A stretch of 64,000 bases of DNA from a virus (lineage: Duplodnaviria > Caudoviricetes), in the IMG/VR virus record IMGVR_UViG_3300040856_002888, positions 53,598 to 117,597 of that record. One strand, written 5' to 3'. Within the stretch, counting starts at the first letter, position 1, and every line of letters starts with the position of its first letter. Under the pieces are notes generated by a model that saw only the letters and a program-made list of their open reading frames with translations, did no database searches and was not told the origin of the DNA. This document shows, one piece after another, positions 40,036-49,129 of this stretch. A program made the position numbers and the translations under genes.

Positions 40036-40239
40036 TTGGGAACATTTAAAGAATTTTTGCTTGAAACAACTGGCAAAAACTATAGTCACGAACTAAACAC
40101 TCTTTTGAAGATTTGTAAATTACAACAGAGTTTACTGAAAGAGGTTAGCAATGAATGGAATCCAGACGTGCAATCTAAGATTGCCGAAATTGATAAAGCA
40201 ATTGTCAGCTTAGAAAATTTTACAAAAGTAAAAGAATGA
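40036..40239 (+). CDS. Hypothetical protein
   Basis: SD AAGGAG; coupled to the next gene. Confidence 0.5.
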   Translation: MGTFKEFLLETTGKNYSHELNTLLKICKLQQSLLKEVSNEWNPDVQSKIAEIDKAIVSLENFTKVKE

Positions 40240-40616
40240 CAGAAAAAGTAAATCATCCTAAGCACTATAATAATCACCCAAGTGGTGTAGAAGCAATTGA
40301 TGTTATACAATATATGAATTTTTGTTTAGGTAATGCATTTAAGTATGTATACCGTTACAAAGACAAGAACGGCATAGAAGACCTTAAAAAGGCAGTATGG
40401 TATTTAGAAAAACAAAAAACAGCTATGCTAAAAGCACATCTTGCAATTACACACACAGGTACTAATGATTTTTACAGGATTTTGCATCACGAGCCTGATA
40501 CCGATATCGCTAATGTTTTAGAAATTATATATTCGGTATCGTTCCATGATAAACCGTTTAAACTGCTAGATGAAGCTGTAGAAATATTAAAAAAGAAGTT
40601 GACAAACCCAGAATAA
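40236..40616 (+). CDS. DUF3310 (SaV-like) protein
   Basis: VNHPKHY, EAID, GNAFKY..R..KNG.EDL.KA.WYL. Confidence 0.88.
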   Translation: MTEKVNHPKHYNNHPSGVEAIDVIQYMNFCLGNAFKYVYRYKDKNGIEDLKKAVWYLEKQKTAMLKAHLAITHTGTNDFYRILHHEPDTDIANVLEIIYSVSFHDKPFKLLDEAVEILKKKLTNPE

Positions 40617-40626
40617 CTGTTATACT
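40599..40626 (+). promoter_or_regulatory. sigma70-type promoter for the coiled-coil gene plus ncRNA unit
   Basis: TTGACA-16 nt-TATACT with TG extended -10. Confidence 0.7.
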
Positions 40627-40653
40627 AAACGAATAACACACACAAGGAGCCTT

Positions 40654-41238
40654 ATGCAAATTTCACTTCGTAAAGCTAACACAATCCAAAACGAGATTGC
40701 TAACTACATCGTCAATGGCTTTGACAGCATTGATCGCTCAGTTGATGCTATCCTAGTTGACGATTGGCAAGGAGTGACCGCACGTCTTGAACAAGAACAC
40801 GCAGAGCAGGTTGCAGAGCGTCGGGAACTGATTGGTGCCCGTTGGACGATTAGGAATATGATCGCAGAGGCTAATCATCATGCTGGTATTAACAAGCTGA
40901 TGGGACATATCGCTAGCGATGACTATGAAGTCAGCATGCTAGAGAATGCCCTGCATCACTGTGATGTACAGCAAGACGCTGCAATCTACGAAAGAAAGAT
41001 TGAGCTGAAGCGCAAAGATATGGAAAAGACTGAGCGCAGCCCTTATCAGCGTGACAACGTTGAGATTCCTGTGTTTACAAAACCATATCGCAAAAACATT
41101 GAGCGTGAGATCGCTACGCTGAAAAAGCAGATCAATCGCTACAAAGATCTACTGCTAGAGAAAAATATCACTACCAAAGTGACACTGACCGAAAATTTGG
41201 TTGACTTGCTCGCCAAGTACAATCTTATTGACGCTTAG
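40654..41238 (+). CDS. Helical coiled-coil protein of unknown function linked to a downstream structured RNA
   Basis: SD AAGGAG; MQISLRKAN..Q..I, I..AN..AGI, L...N...V pattern; visibly GC-richer than neighbours. Confidence 0.75.
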   Translation: MQISLRKANTIQNEIANYIVNGFDSIDRSVDAILVDDWQGVTARLEQEHAEQVAERRELIGARWTIRNMIAEANHHAGINKLMGHIASDDYEVSMLENALHHCDVQQDAAIYERKIELKRKDMEKTERSPYQRDNVEIPVFTKPYRKNIEREIATLKKQINRYKDLLLEKNITTKVTLTENLVDLLAKYNLIDA

Positions 41239-41245
41239 TGTCCAA

Positions 41246-41445
41246 GGATGGGGAGTAAGCAAAAACGTTGCTGTTCGCAGTAACACATCCAACTACGGTG
41301 TTGTCACCACCTCATGGAATTACATGTTCCCTGCACTGCCGGATTTTTGTTTTTTGTTAGGTCGCCGGTGCCTATTTGCTACAGGGGTATAATTCTTGTA
41401 ATTTGTCGGTTGTAGTTTGTGATTTGTCCTGCTTATTGTCCATCC
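41246..41445 (+). ncRNA. Candidate ~200-nt structured ncRNA with 7-nt periodic TTGT units
   Basis: Terminal stem GGATGGGGAGTAAGCA/TGCTTATTGTCCATCC; hairpin GTTGCTG-TTCG-CAGTAAC; GGTG/CACC, GGAA/TTCC and TAGG/CCTA hairpins. Confidence 0.65.
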
Positions 41446-41492
41446 TACCCCTCACCTTAACACTCTCCTAACACTTCATTAAGTAAATACCA

Positions 41493-41801
41493 ATGAGAAC
41501 TCTAATAGTAATACTAACAGCAGTTCTAATAGCTTCATCAGTTTCGGCTGACAACAAGACTGATAATTTATCTGTGTCATTTGAAACTGAAGAAGAATTT
41601 GTCGAACATCTAATTAACAAGAGCATAGATCTATATGCTCCTAAGCGGATGGTTGACATAGGGTTGAGGAACTTGTTCTATGATGATCAAATCTCAATCA
41701 CAGTAAATCTGAAGGACGCCCAGATTAAACTTTACGCCCCGTTTGGCGTTGTAGATGAAAAATACGACGGGACATTATTAACAATTGAGTATCGATTTTA
41801 G
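41493..41801 (+). CDS. Secreted hypothetical protein
   Basis: Signal peptide; C-terminal YRF. Confidence 0.55.
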   Translation: MRTLIVILTAVLIASSVSADNKTDNLSVSFETEEEFVEHLINKSIDLYAPKRMVDIGLRNLFYDDQISITVNLKDAQIKLYAPFGVVDEKYDGTLLTIEYRF

Positions 41802-41810
41802 GAGAGACTA

Positions 41811-42779
41811 ATGGATGCAACATTACTCTATACAGTAGTCGGTTTTACACTCGCTGCTTATTCAGTTATAGCTAACGACTCGGTCCAGACGCTAGGAACT
41901 TGGATAGCAAGTAATTCTGATCGCTTTAAATGGTATATAATGTGGGCTGCGAGTAGCTCAGTATTATTGTTTACACTATGGTATGGCTGGTACATTAACG
42001 GTGGTGACATATCTTATGGAAGGCTAGAAAAAATCCCATATCAAACAATCCAGTGGTATCATGCTGTAGCACCTCTTGTGTTAGTTGCACTAACAAGATT
42101 TGGTGTTCCGGTTAGTACTACATTCCTTGTGCTAAGTGCTTTTGCAAGTACAGTAGTCCTAGAGAAGGTTTTGCTTAAATCTGCAATGGGCTATATTGTA
42201 GCGGCTGCAAGTGCTTACATAATATGGATGGTAGTATCAAAATATTGGGAAACAAAAACTGACATTCCAGAAAGCCACGACAAATGGTGGCGTGTAGCAC
42301 AATGGTGTACTACTGGATGGTTATGGTATACTTGGCTAAGTCACGACATGGCTAATATTGCTGTATTCCTTCCTAGACAAATTCCTACTGACACAATGAT
42401 TTTAATCAGCCTAGTGTTTGTAGCAGGACTAGCTTACATGTTTTACGAAAAAGGTGGTAGGATACAAGAAGTTGTATTAAGCAAGACAAATACGAAATAT
42501 GTCCGTTCGGCGACACTTGTTGATCTTATCTACAGTATTATCTTATGGTACTTTAAAGGATACAATAGTATTCCAATGAGTACAACGTGGGTATTTGTAG
42601 GATTGTTAGCAGGTAGAGAACTGGCGTTTGCTACTATCAATGATAAGTATAAATTTAAAACTGTATTTCCTCTAGTAGGAAGAGACTTTTTTAAAATGAT
42701 GATCGGACTTGCATTAAGCGTAGCAATTGTACTAGCAATACATGGATTTGCATTTAGTGGATTTGCAAATTTAGATTGA
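41811..42779 (+). CDS. PiT/PHO4-family inorganic phosphate transporter-like protein
   Basis: Multiple TMs; duplicated AND.../HDMAN and PVSTT/PMSTT signatures. Confidence 0.72.
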   Translation: MDATLLYTVVGFTLAAYSVIANDSVQTLGTWIASNSDRFKWYIMWAASSSVLLFTLWYGWYINGGDISYGRLEKIPYQTIQWYHAVAPLVLVALTRFGVPVSTTFLVLSAFASTVVLEKVLLKSAMGYIVAAASAYIIWMVVSKYWETKTDIPESHDKWWRVAQWCTTGWLWYTWLSHDMANIAVFLPRQIPTDTMILISLVFVAGLAYMFYEKGGRIQEVVLSKTNTKYVRSATLVDLIYSIILWYFKGYNSIPMSTTWVFVGLLAGRELAFATINDKYKFKTVFPLVGRDFFKMMIGLALSVAIVLAIHGFAFSGFANLD

Positions 42780-42894
42780 CATAACTTAACAGAGGTGCTA
42801 TGCTAGAAGCTATAACATTGTATATGGTGACTATTGGTATAGGTTGCCTCTGTTTTGTAGCAATGCTTTTAATTTTAGTATATAGAGACACACA

Positions 42895-43065
42895 ATGATT
42901 GAATTAATTTTAGGAACTGGTTTAGCAATGTCTGCTTTTACAGGAGCTTGTGCTATTGTTTTTGTAATCTATAAGATGATTACAGAATTACACCATGACT
43001 ATTGGTGTCATACTGACAGTATAGACCCTGAATTAAGCCATGGCAATGCTGAGCCGCATATTTAA
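42895..43065 (+). CDS. 56-aa single-pass membrane peptide with His-rich tail; not in ORF track
   Basis: MIELILGTGLAMSAFTGACAIVFVIYKMITELHHDYWCHTD... Confidence 0.5.
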   Translation: MIELILGTGLAMSAFTGACAIVFVIYKMITELHHDYWCHTDSIDPELSHGNAEPHI

Positions 43066-43079
43066 TTGGATTTACAGAC

Positions 43080-43271
43080 ATGTTTACTAACCCTGAATTT
43101 ATGCTGGCACTAGGCTTTGCTCTTGGCATAGTAGCTGGATTAAATATAGCACGTTTTTGCTGGCCAGACGAAGGTGTTTGGCGAGGCAAACTGAAAGAAC
43201 GTGAACGAGCACTTTGGAACAAAGAGCGAGAATTAGAAAAAAAAGAAGCTGAAAAGTCTGATGATAAATAA
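43080..43271 (+). CDS. Small single-pass membrane protein
   Basis: Hydrophobic N-terminus, charged tail. Confidence 0.55.
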   Translation: MFTNPEFMLALGFALGIVAGLNIARFCWPDEGVWRGKLKERERALWNKERELEKKEAEKSDDK

Positions 43272-43289
43272 TTTGTATGGAGATAAAAG

Positions 43290-43727
43290 ATGAGTATTCA
43301 GCGACCAGATAAAGTACCTGCAGGACCTACACAAGGACGTACATATTTTAATGCATCAGTTGGAGAATGTAGTATTCAAGTATACCCTAACTTCCAACAC
43401 TTTGCAGTTCGTATATTTTTAATTAGGGCGAATAGATGGTACGGGTCATTGTTTGAAATGCATCTCGGGGCAAGAGGAAATGGATTTGAGTTTGATTACT
43501 TCGATTTTATGTTCTTGAGATATTTCTTAAAACAATTTAATCCTAGTATGTTTAAAAAATTGTTATCTCCGCTAACAATGCCGTGGAATTTACTTGACAA
43601 AGGTATTCAAAGTGTAGTACAATTAGATGCGTGGAGAGAAATTAACAAGGCAATTCCTACAGCTCAGTCAATCAAAGATAATCTTAAATCTAAAGAAAGA
43701 GATGTCATTAGAACAAGATCTAATTGA
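43290..43727 (+). CDS. Hypothetical protein
   Basis: SD GGAG; late motif upstream. Confidence 0.55.
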   Translation: MSIQRPDKVPAGPTQGRTYFNASVGECSIQVYPNFQHFAVRIFLIRANRWYGSLFEMHLGARGNGFEFDYFDFMFLRYFLKQFNPSMFKKLLSPLTMPWNLLDKGIQSVVQLDAWREINKAIPTAQSIKDNLKSKERDVIRTRSN

Positions 43728-43768
43728 AATAAAAGAACTACTCGATACAATAAATCACAATAAACAAA

Positions 43769-44134
43769 ATGAAAAAATATCTTTTAATGCTAGCGATAGC
43801 ATCTGGCCTAGCCGTCTGCACAGCTCCTCCGAGTCCGGCACAGGATTGGTCATTCATGAGAGGCTGGAACGACGAAAAACGTAATACATTTACCGCTTCT
43901 TGTGTAGATGCGTTGAGTCGTGATCCCGGTATTGTAGCAAAATTCCCTATTGAAAAAATAGGCGAAGCGTGTAAGTGTGTAACTGCATATTATGAAGCTA
44001 CTTACGATTATGATACTTTTAGATTCATGATGGATTCGGAAAATTTTAATTCTACAGAGTCTTATAAACAGGAAATGTTCAACATTTCATATCAATGCGC
44101 CCAATGGGTTTTAGGAGCAGGACAAGGGACATGA
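43769..44134 (+). CDS. Secreted Cys-containing hypothetical protein
   Basis: Signal peptide; C..CKC..C. Confidence 0.55.
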   Translation: MKKYLLMLAIASGLAVCTAPPSPAQDWSFMRGWNDEKRNTFTASCVDALSRDPGIVAKFPIEKIGEACKCVTAYYEATYDYDTFRFMMDSENFNSTESYKQEMFNISYQCAQWVLGAGQGT

Positions 44135-45096
44135 TTGAAGGAAAAACTAAAAAAATTACAAAACTAGACCCTGCTATAGCAGGAAAGATGTGGAGTGCAA
44201 AAGTACCTCCATACCCACACTTAGTAAATATTGAAACTAAAGATAGGTTAACCGCGAATGATGCTGCTATTGATGCAACTGCTACTGTAGCAGCATATAA
44301 AACAAATCAAACATGCGATGTTTTCCGTTACTTAATGGATAAGGAAATTCCTACAGCATTTATCTCACAGCAAGACAGTTTTAATTTTATTGCTCGTGAG
44401 TGCGAAATGTTTCCGTATGAATGTGTAGCAAGACGCAGAGCATGGGGTAGTTTCCTAAAACGTAAACTGCAAATCCAACCAGGACATGTATTTGGTAGAG
44501 CAACAGGCGGCAGGTATCAGGATCCACTAATTGAGTTTTTCTATAAACTTGCTGTAGCACCTAATGGTGAGATAATCACTGAAGATGAAGCTAGAGCTAG
44601 ATATCTGCGAGACGGCAAGTGGACAGAAACTGTTCATACAGACCCTCTTGCTGTTTGGGAATGGAGTGATTGGCGAAAAGCATGTGACGATGAAAATAGC
44701 TTTGAAGAATTTAAGCTTAAACTTTATCCGCCTAAACAACCAGGACCTAATGTTAATACAGTTTTAGCAACAGTACCAAGTGTTATTACACCAGCTGAGT
44801 ACAAGAAAATTTTCAGTTTAACTGCTAAGACGTTCATGGCACTAGAAGAAGCATGGAAACATTTTGACGTTGAACTAATTGATATGAAAATAGAGTTTGG
44901 ACGTGATTTGAATACTGGTGAAATTTTAGTTGCTGACGTAATTGATAACGACAGTTGGCGTATTTGGCCAGGAGGCGATCACGAGAAACAGTTAGACAAG
45001 CAAAGTTTCCGCGATGGTGAACCGTTAGATGAAGTTACTGAAAAGTATCGCATCGTAACTGATTACACTAAACAATTTAATCACATAAACAAATGA
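44131..45096 (+). CDS. purC: SAICAR synthetase (with insertions)
   Basis: EGKTK, KD..TA.D, E.VARR.A.GSF..R, LIDMKIEFG, ADVIDNDSWRIW, DKQ.FR. Confidence 0.92.
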   Translation: MIEGKTKKITKLDPAIAGKMWSAKVPPYPHLVNIETKDRLTANDAAIDATATVAAYKTNQTCDVFRYLMDKEIPTAFISQQDSFNFIARECEMFPYECVARRRAWGSFLKRKLQIQPGHVFGRATGGRYQDPLIEFFYKLAVAPNGEIITEDEARARYLRDGKWTETVHTDPLAVWEWSDWRKACDDENSFEEFKLKLYPPKQPGPNVNTVLATVPSVITPAEYKKIFSLTAKTFMALEEAWKHFDVELIDMKIEFGRDLNTGEILVADVIDNDSWRIWPGGDHEKQLDKQSFRDGEPLDEVTEKYRIVTDYTKQFNHINK

Positions 45097-45338
45097 CACA
45101 ACTTACATCAACAGAATGGCGTCTTTTTCCTACTGTTACACGAACTGTACTAAAGTCCGGTAAAGTTATCTTTAGGCCACGCAATGAACAGGCTAGGAAT
45201 CTACTGTACAAGATTGATACAATCCGTGCTGGGTTTAGAGAAAATGAAGTTAAGAACAAAAAGATGATTATTGTTGATGTAGACGACAATGTTATTAGCT
45301 ATAGTCGCAAAGCAGAACAGTTCCATAAAGCGCAATGA
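45093..45338 (+). CDS. Hypothetical protein
   Basis: ATGA-coupled on both sides. Confidence 0.55.
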   Translation: MTQLTSTEWRLFPTVTRTVLKSGKVIFRPRNEQARNLLYKIDTIRAGFRENEVKNKKMIIVDVDDNVISYSRKAEQFHKAQ

Positions 45339-46039
45339 CTGTCTATATCGCAGCACCGTTTGGTAATTATATTAAAACTAAGAACACTAGGAGTGTTGTT
45401 GGTAGTTTTACCCTAGAGCGTAGGACAGGTTTACTACGCCAAATTGCTACTACGCTGAGGTATCGCGACGGTGCTTGGTATAATGCACTAGGACTTAGGA
45501 ACCCTGGAATTGAATTTGGTTTAAAACATTATTATCGCAGCAAGAATGATATATTGTCGCTTGCTGCAATAGACGAAGGCGATTGGGAAAGACTAAGTGA
45601 AATTGTACCAGATGACATAGATTTAGAAATCAATTTAAGCTGTCCAAACATTGAACACTTTGACAACTATTCACAAGGTATTGACAATTTCCTTACAGGA
45701 AAACGTAAGGTCATTGTCAAACTCTCACCTCATGCTGAAGATGCGCTGATAGAAAATTTAATACAGAGAGGATTTAGCACTTTCCATGTTTGTAATACGC
45801 TACCTACAGAACATGGCGGAATGAGTGGTGAAAAGCTCGTGCCTTATGTTGTAAGGCTTTGTACAGTAATTAAATTTTATTCCAGTGAAGCAGAAATAAT
45901 TGCTGGCGGAGGAATTTCTCAAATCGAACACATACGTTATTACAAAAATTTTGGAGCAACTAGTTTCTCAGTAGGAACTCTTTGTTTCAATCCTGTACGA
46001 TTTTATAAATTTTTAAAGGAAATAGATGGATTATACTAG
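45335..46039 (+). CDS. pyrD: Dihydroorotate dehydrogenase (compact)
   Basis: NALGLRNPG, EINLSCPN, VKLSP, NT...GGMSG, IAGGGI. Confidence 0.85.
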   Translation: MTVYIAAPFGNYIKTKNTRSVVGSFTLERRTGLLRQIATTLRYRDGAWYNALGLRNPGIEFGLKHYYRSKNDILSLAAIDEGDWERLSEIVPDDIDLEINLSCPNIEHFDNYSQGIDNFLTGKRKVIVKLSPHAEDALIENLIQRGFSTFHVCNTLPTEHGGMSGEKLVPYVVRLCTVIKFYSSEAEIIAGGGISQIEHIRYYKNFGATSFSVGTLCFNPVRFYKFLKEIDGLY

Positions 46040-46958
46040 CTCGGGTGTAAACGTTGCACTAGCAGATAAACTTGTAGATAATTTAAAGTCACAGTCAGAT
46101 CAGATAGGAAAATATGCAGCAGAATTTACACTGCCGATTGGAACGTCTACTAGGCTTGTAAGCAGTTGTGACGGTGTTGGAACTAAAGTACTGCTTGCAC
46201 TCGAAGCTAAGAAACGTTTTGGTAGATCACTTTCAAGCATAGGAGAAGATTGTGTTGCTATGGTCATTAATGATTTGCTATGTGAAAATGCAAATCCTCT
46301 TTTCTTTATGGATTATTTTGCGACAAGTTCACTTAACGAATCCGACTACAATGAGGTCTTGGCTGGAATTATAGCAGCATGTCGTAGTATAGGGGTGCAA
46401 TTGATTGGAGGAGAAACTGCTGAATTACCAGGTATGTTCCAAGAAGGCGCACTAGATGTATGTGGATTTGGTGTGGGCACTAAAGATTTTTTAGATTGGT
46501 ATCCTGTAAAAGAAGGCGATGTTGTGATTGGTATTCACAGCACAGGAGTACATAGTAATGGATTTAGCCTAGTAAGGAAAATATTAGAGCACAATCCGGT
46601 AGACGATGAATTTATGTCTAAACTGCTCGTTCCTACTCCATTATATAAAAAAGAACTTGACATTTTGAGATCAAATTATTATTTTATTAAAGCAGCAGCC
46701 CATATTACAGGAGGGGGTTGGAGTAACATCGATAGGGTGCTGGACGCTAAATACGATATAGCGTGGGAAGTTACTGACACAATTTTACACCAGCATGAAA
46801 TATTCAGTTGGTTACAAACAAAAGGTAATCTTACAGATGAACAGATGCGAGATACTTTTAACTGTGGAATTGGAATGGTAGTAATACTTGAGAACAGGAA
46901 TGTGGATAAACTTCCATTGTACAACTATACAAGATTAGGAACTGTAAAAACAAAATGA
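46026..46958 (+). CDS. purM: AIR synthetase
   Basis: Y..SGVN, DGVGTK, GGETAELPG, GVHSNGFSLVRK, HITGGG, TFNCGIGM. Confidence 0.96.
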   Translation: MDYTSSGVNVALADKLVDNLKSQSDQIGKYAAEFTLPIGTSTRLVSSCDGVGTKVLLALEAKKRFGRSLSSIGEDCVAMVINDLLCENANPLFFMDYFATSSLNESDYNEVLAGIIAACRSIGVQLIGGETAELPGMFQEGALDVCGFGVGTKDFLDWYPVKEGDVVIGIHSTGVHSNGFSLVRKILEHNPVDDEFMSKLLVPTPLYKKELDILRSNYYFIKAAAHITGGGWSNIDRVLDAKYDIAWEVTDTILHQHEIFSWLQTKGNLTDEQMRDTFNCGIGMVVILENRNVDKLPLYNYTRLGTVKTK

Positions 46959-47329
46959 GCACACTACCTGCAGCTCAAGATTTTACAGAGCTTGCACTTA
47001 CAGCAGTAGATGTACAAAAAAACACTTCACTTGGTGCTATGCAGCATCATGTTTCAGAACAGAAACAAAAGCTATTAGAACAGGCAAGACTACTCCAAGA
47101 ACAATTACAAGAAATAGAACAAAGAGAAAAACTAGCAGAAAAAATTTATCGGGCAAATTACAATTTCACTCCTGTGCTCCTTAAACCTTACAGTTTATAT
47201 GAACAAGACAACGTTATCACACTGAGTATGATTGCTCCACACGAATGGAATAATGCAATTCCTTATGGTAAATTCGTCAGTTATGTTAGGCAATTAGGCG
47301 ACGGAACATGGGAACCAATTGAGGAATAA
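46955..47329 (+). CDS. DUF2452-like hypothetical protein
   Basis: IY.A.YNF.P....Y.LY...LS.I.P.EW...D.TW. Confidence 0.6.
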   Translation: MSTLPAAQDFTELALTAVDVQKNTSLGAMQHHVSEQKQKLLEQARLLQEQLQEIEQREKLAEKIYRANYNFTPVLLKPYSLYEQDNVITLSMIAPHEWNNAIPYGKFVSYVRQLGDGTWEPIEE

Positions 47330-47331
47330 AC

Positions 47332-47517
47332 ATGTGGAGGTACCTAATGGATATGTATTACTGGCAAATTAAACATAATGATAAAATTGTTGGAGAAACA
47401 CAACCTTTTACTATACATCAGATGGATGATAGTTGGGTAAAAGAGGAGAGGGATTATATTATGGATAAAAACACAGAAAATAACCACAAGCCAACAATGG
47501 AATTGAAAAGGCTTTAA
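47332..47517 (+). CDS. Small hypothetical protein
   Basis: SD GAGG, coupled ORF. Confidence 0.45.
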   Translation: MWRYLMDMYYWQIKHNDKIVGETQPFTIHQMDDSWVKEERDYIMDKNTENNHKPTMELKRL

Positions 47518-47741
47518 TGTGGCAAATACGTGAACTAAATGGGTTTGGAGAAACAATAGGAATAATTGATTTTGCCCACTTAAATAAAGTAAGTGGATTA
47601 GAAACCTATTGGAATACGAAAATTGAGAGGAAGGATTCCCGCTTGATTATTTTTGATTACAGTGAAGCAAAACGTGTTTATGAAATTTTAAATGAGAAAC
47701 ACGAGTGGAGGATTTTCGAATTAGTTAATCTACTTTACTAG
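47517..47741 (+). CDS. Small hypothetical protein
   Basis: TAATG coupling. Confidence 0.5.
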   Translation: MWQIRELNGFGETIGIIDFAHLNKVSGLETYWNTKIERKDSRLIIFDYSEAKRVYEILNEKHEWRIFELVNLLY

Positions 47742-47749
47742 GAGATAAA

Positions 47750-47950
47750 ATGAAGAGGACACAAGCAAACAATGAGATTTACAAACAGGCAAAGTGGTTG
47801 CGAGGAAAAGTGCCTTTAGACAGCAATGTGTATATACATTGGAAGGATGACAATCCTACCGTGTTAGCTGATAAACAGAGCGGCTATGATCTAATAACAA
47901 CTGTAAAACTAACCAGTATCTTAAGGAGGCAAGTTTGGCTAACAGCGTAG
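47750..47950 (+). CDS. Small hypothetical protein
   Basis: SD AGGAG. Confidence 0.5.
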   Translation: MKRTQANNEIYKQAKWLRGKVPLDSNVYIHWKDDNPTVLADKQSGYDLITTVKLTSILRRQVWLTA

Positions 47951-48132
47951 TGTTCGAGGACGATAAAGAAAAAGCTTTGTACCAAAAGATAGAACAAGCA
48001 AGGAATAGATACGATTGGGCAGCATATTATAAATTAATGGAAGAAATTTGCAAATATAACCTAGAAAAAAGAGGTTACAATATGATAGATATAATGGTTG
48101 ATCGATAATAAATTATTTGCTAAAATATAATT

Positions 48133-48534
48133 TTGTTAACACTTTATCCATGGTATCATATGCGGCGCAAATTACGACTCAAAGAAAACAAGTTGACCAA
48201 ACTGCAGCACGAGCATAACAAGTATAACAAGGAGATGAGACAGATAGGTTGCCACAAGCAACAGAAGACATTCGACGAATATATTGCTTGGAAATATGGA
48301 AGATATCAGCCTAAGCTTTCTGGTGTTACTCCGAAAGAGGAACCTGTGTATCGTAGACCTGAGCAGTATGTACCTAGTCGTAACAGTGGTGTTTTTAATC
48401 AGTGCAGCAAGGCCAATGACCGCACATATACCGGAGAGCTTATTACTGGACTTGCTACTATGCACAAGAGCAATGTTGTGCCAATCTTCAACAAAGATCA
48501 AGCACACGATCTAGCAACAATGAGGAGAGGATAA
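48133..48534 (+). CDS. Conserved T4-like phage hypothetical protein
   Basis: YTG..ITG.ATMHKSN.VP......A.D...MRR motif. Confidence 0.7.
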   Translation: MLTLYPWYHMRRKLRLKENKLTKLQHEHNKYNKEMRQIGCHKQQKTFDEYIAWKYGRYQPKLSGVTPKEEPVYRRPEQYVPSRNSGVFNQCSKANDRTYTGELITGLATMHKSNVVPIFNKDQAHDLATMRRG

Positions 48535-48788
48535 TGAGGCGTTTCCAGATCGTAGGAACAACTGATAGCGGTTTTGAATTTGATGCAGTTTACACTGAAA
48601 AGGATATTCTGCATAGTGATTGGGCAAAACGATGGTTAGTGTTGATGACTGAAACAGAAAGGTTTAGAGAAATTAGCGATGCAAACTGTTTGAAAGAATG
48701 GTGCATTTTCCATTGGGCGCAGGAGTTATTAGACAATGGTGATTTAGTTACTCCAGATTTTATTAAAGACGAGTATAACAGGTATTAA
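48534..48788 (+). CDS. Hypothetical protein
   Basis: TAATG coupling, SD. Confidence 0.55.
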   Translation: MRRFQIVGTTDSGFEFDAVYTEKDILHSDWAKRWLVLMTETERFREISDANCLKEWCIFHWAQELLDNGDLVTPDFIKDEYNRY

Positions 48789-49129
48789 TGATTATTTACG
48801 TAGACATTGACGGGACGATATGCAATGAGCATCCTGACGAAAAAGGTAATAAAGATTACACAAAGGCAGAACCTTATAAAGACAGGATAAGTTATTTTAA
48901 CGAATTGTATGAAAAAGGACATACTATTACATACTGGACTGCTCGTGGTATTAAAAGCGGAAAAAATTGGTATGACTTTACAAAAAAACAGATCGAGGAG
49001 TGGGGTTGTAAATACCACGATCTACAAGTAGGTAACAAGCCTCATTTTGACGTTTATATTTGTGATAAAAGTTTTAACAGTGAGGCTTGGTTCCATCATC
49101 AAAAGTTACATAACGATATGCTTAAATGA
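48788..49129 (+). CDS. HAD-superfamily phosphatase
   Basis: YVDIDGT, WTARG, KP..D.YICDK. Confidence 0.85.
   Translation: MIIYVDIDGTICNEHPDEKGNKDYTKAEPYKDRISYFNELYEKGHTITYWTARGIKSGKNWYDFTKKQIEEWGCKYHDLQVGNKPHFDVYICDKSFNSEAWFHHQKLHNDMLK

Noticed and set aside
41201-41392. 63-aa ORF from the track overlapping the candidate ncRNA
   Set aside because: TTG start inside the upstream gene, no SD, no protein-like pattern; RNA structure explains the region better
41340-41440. TTGT repeats as a CRISPR array or microsatellite
   Set aside because: Units are only 4 nt with 3-nt variable spacers: far too short for CRISPR and not a perfect tandem repeat
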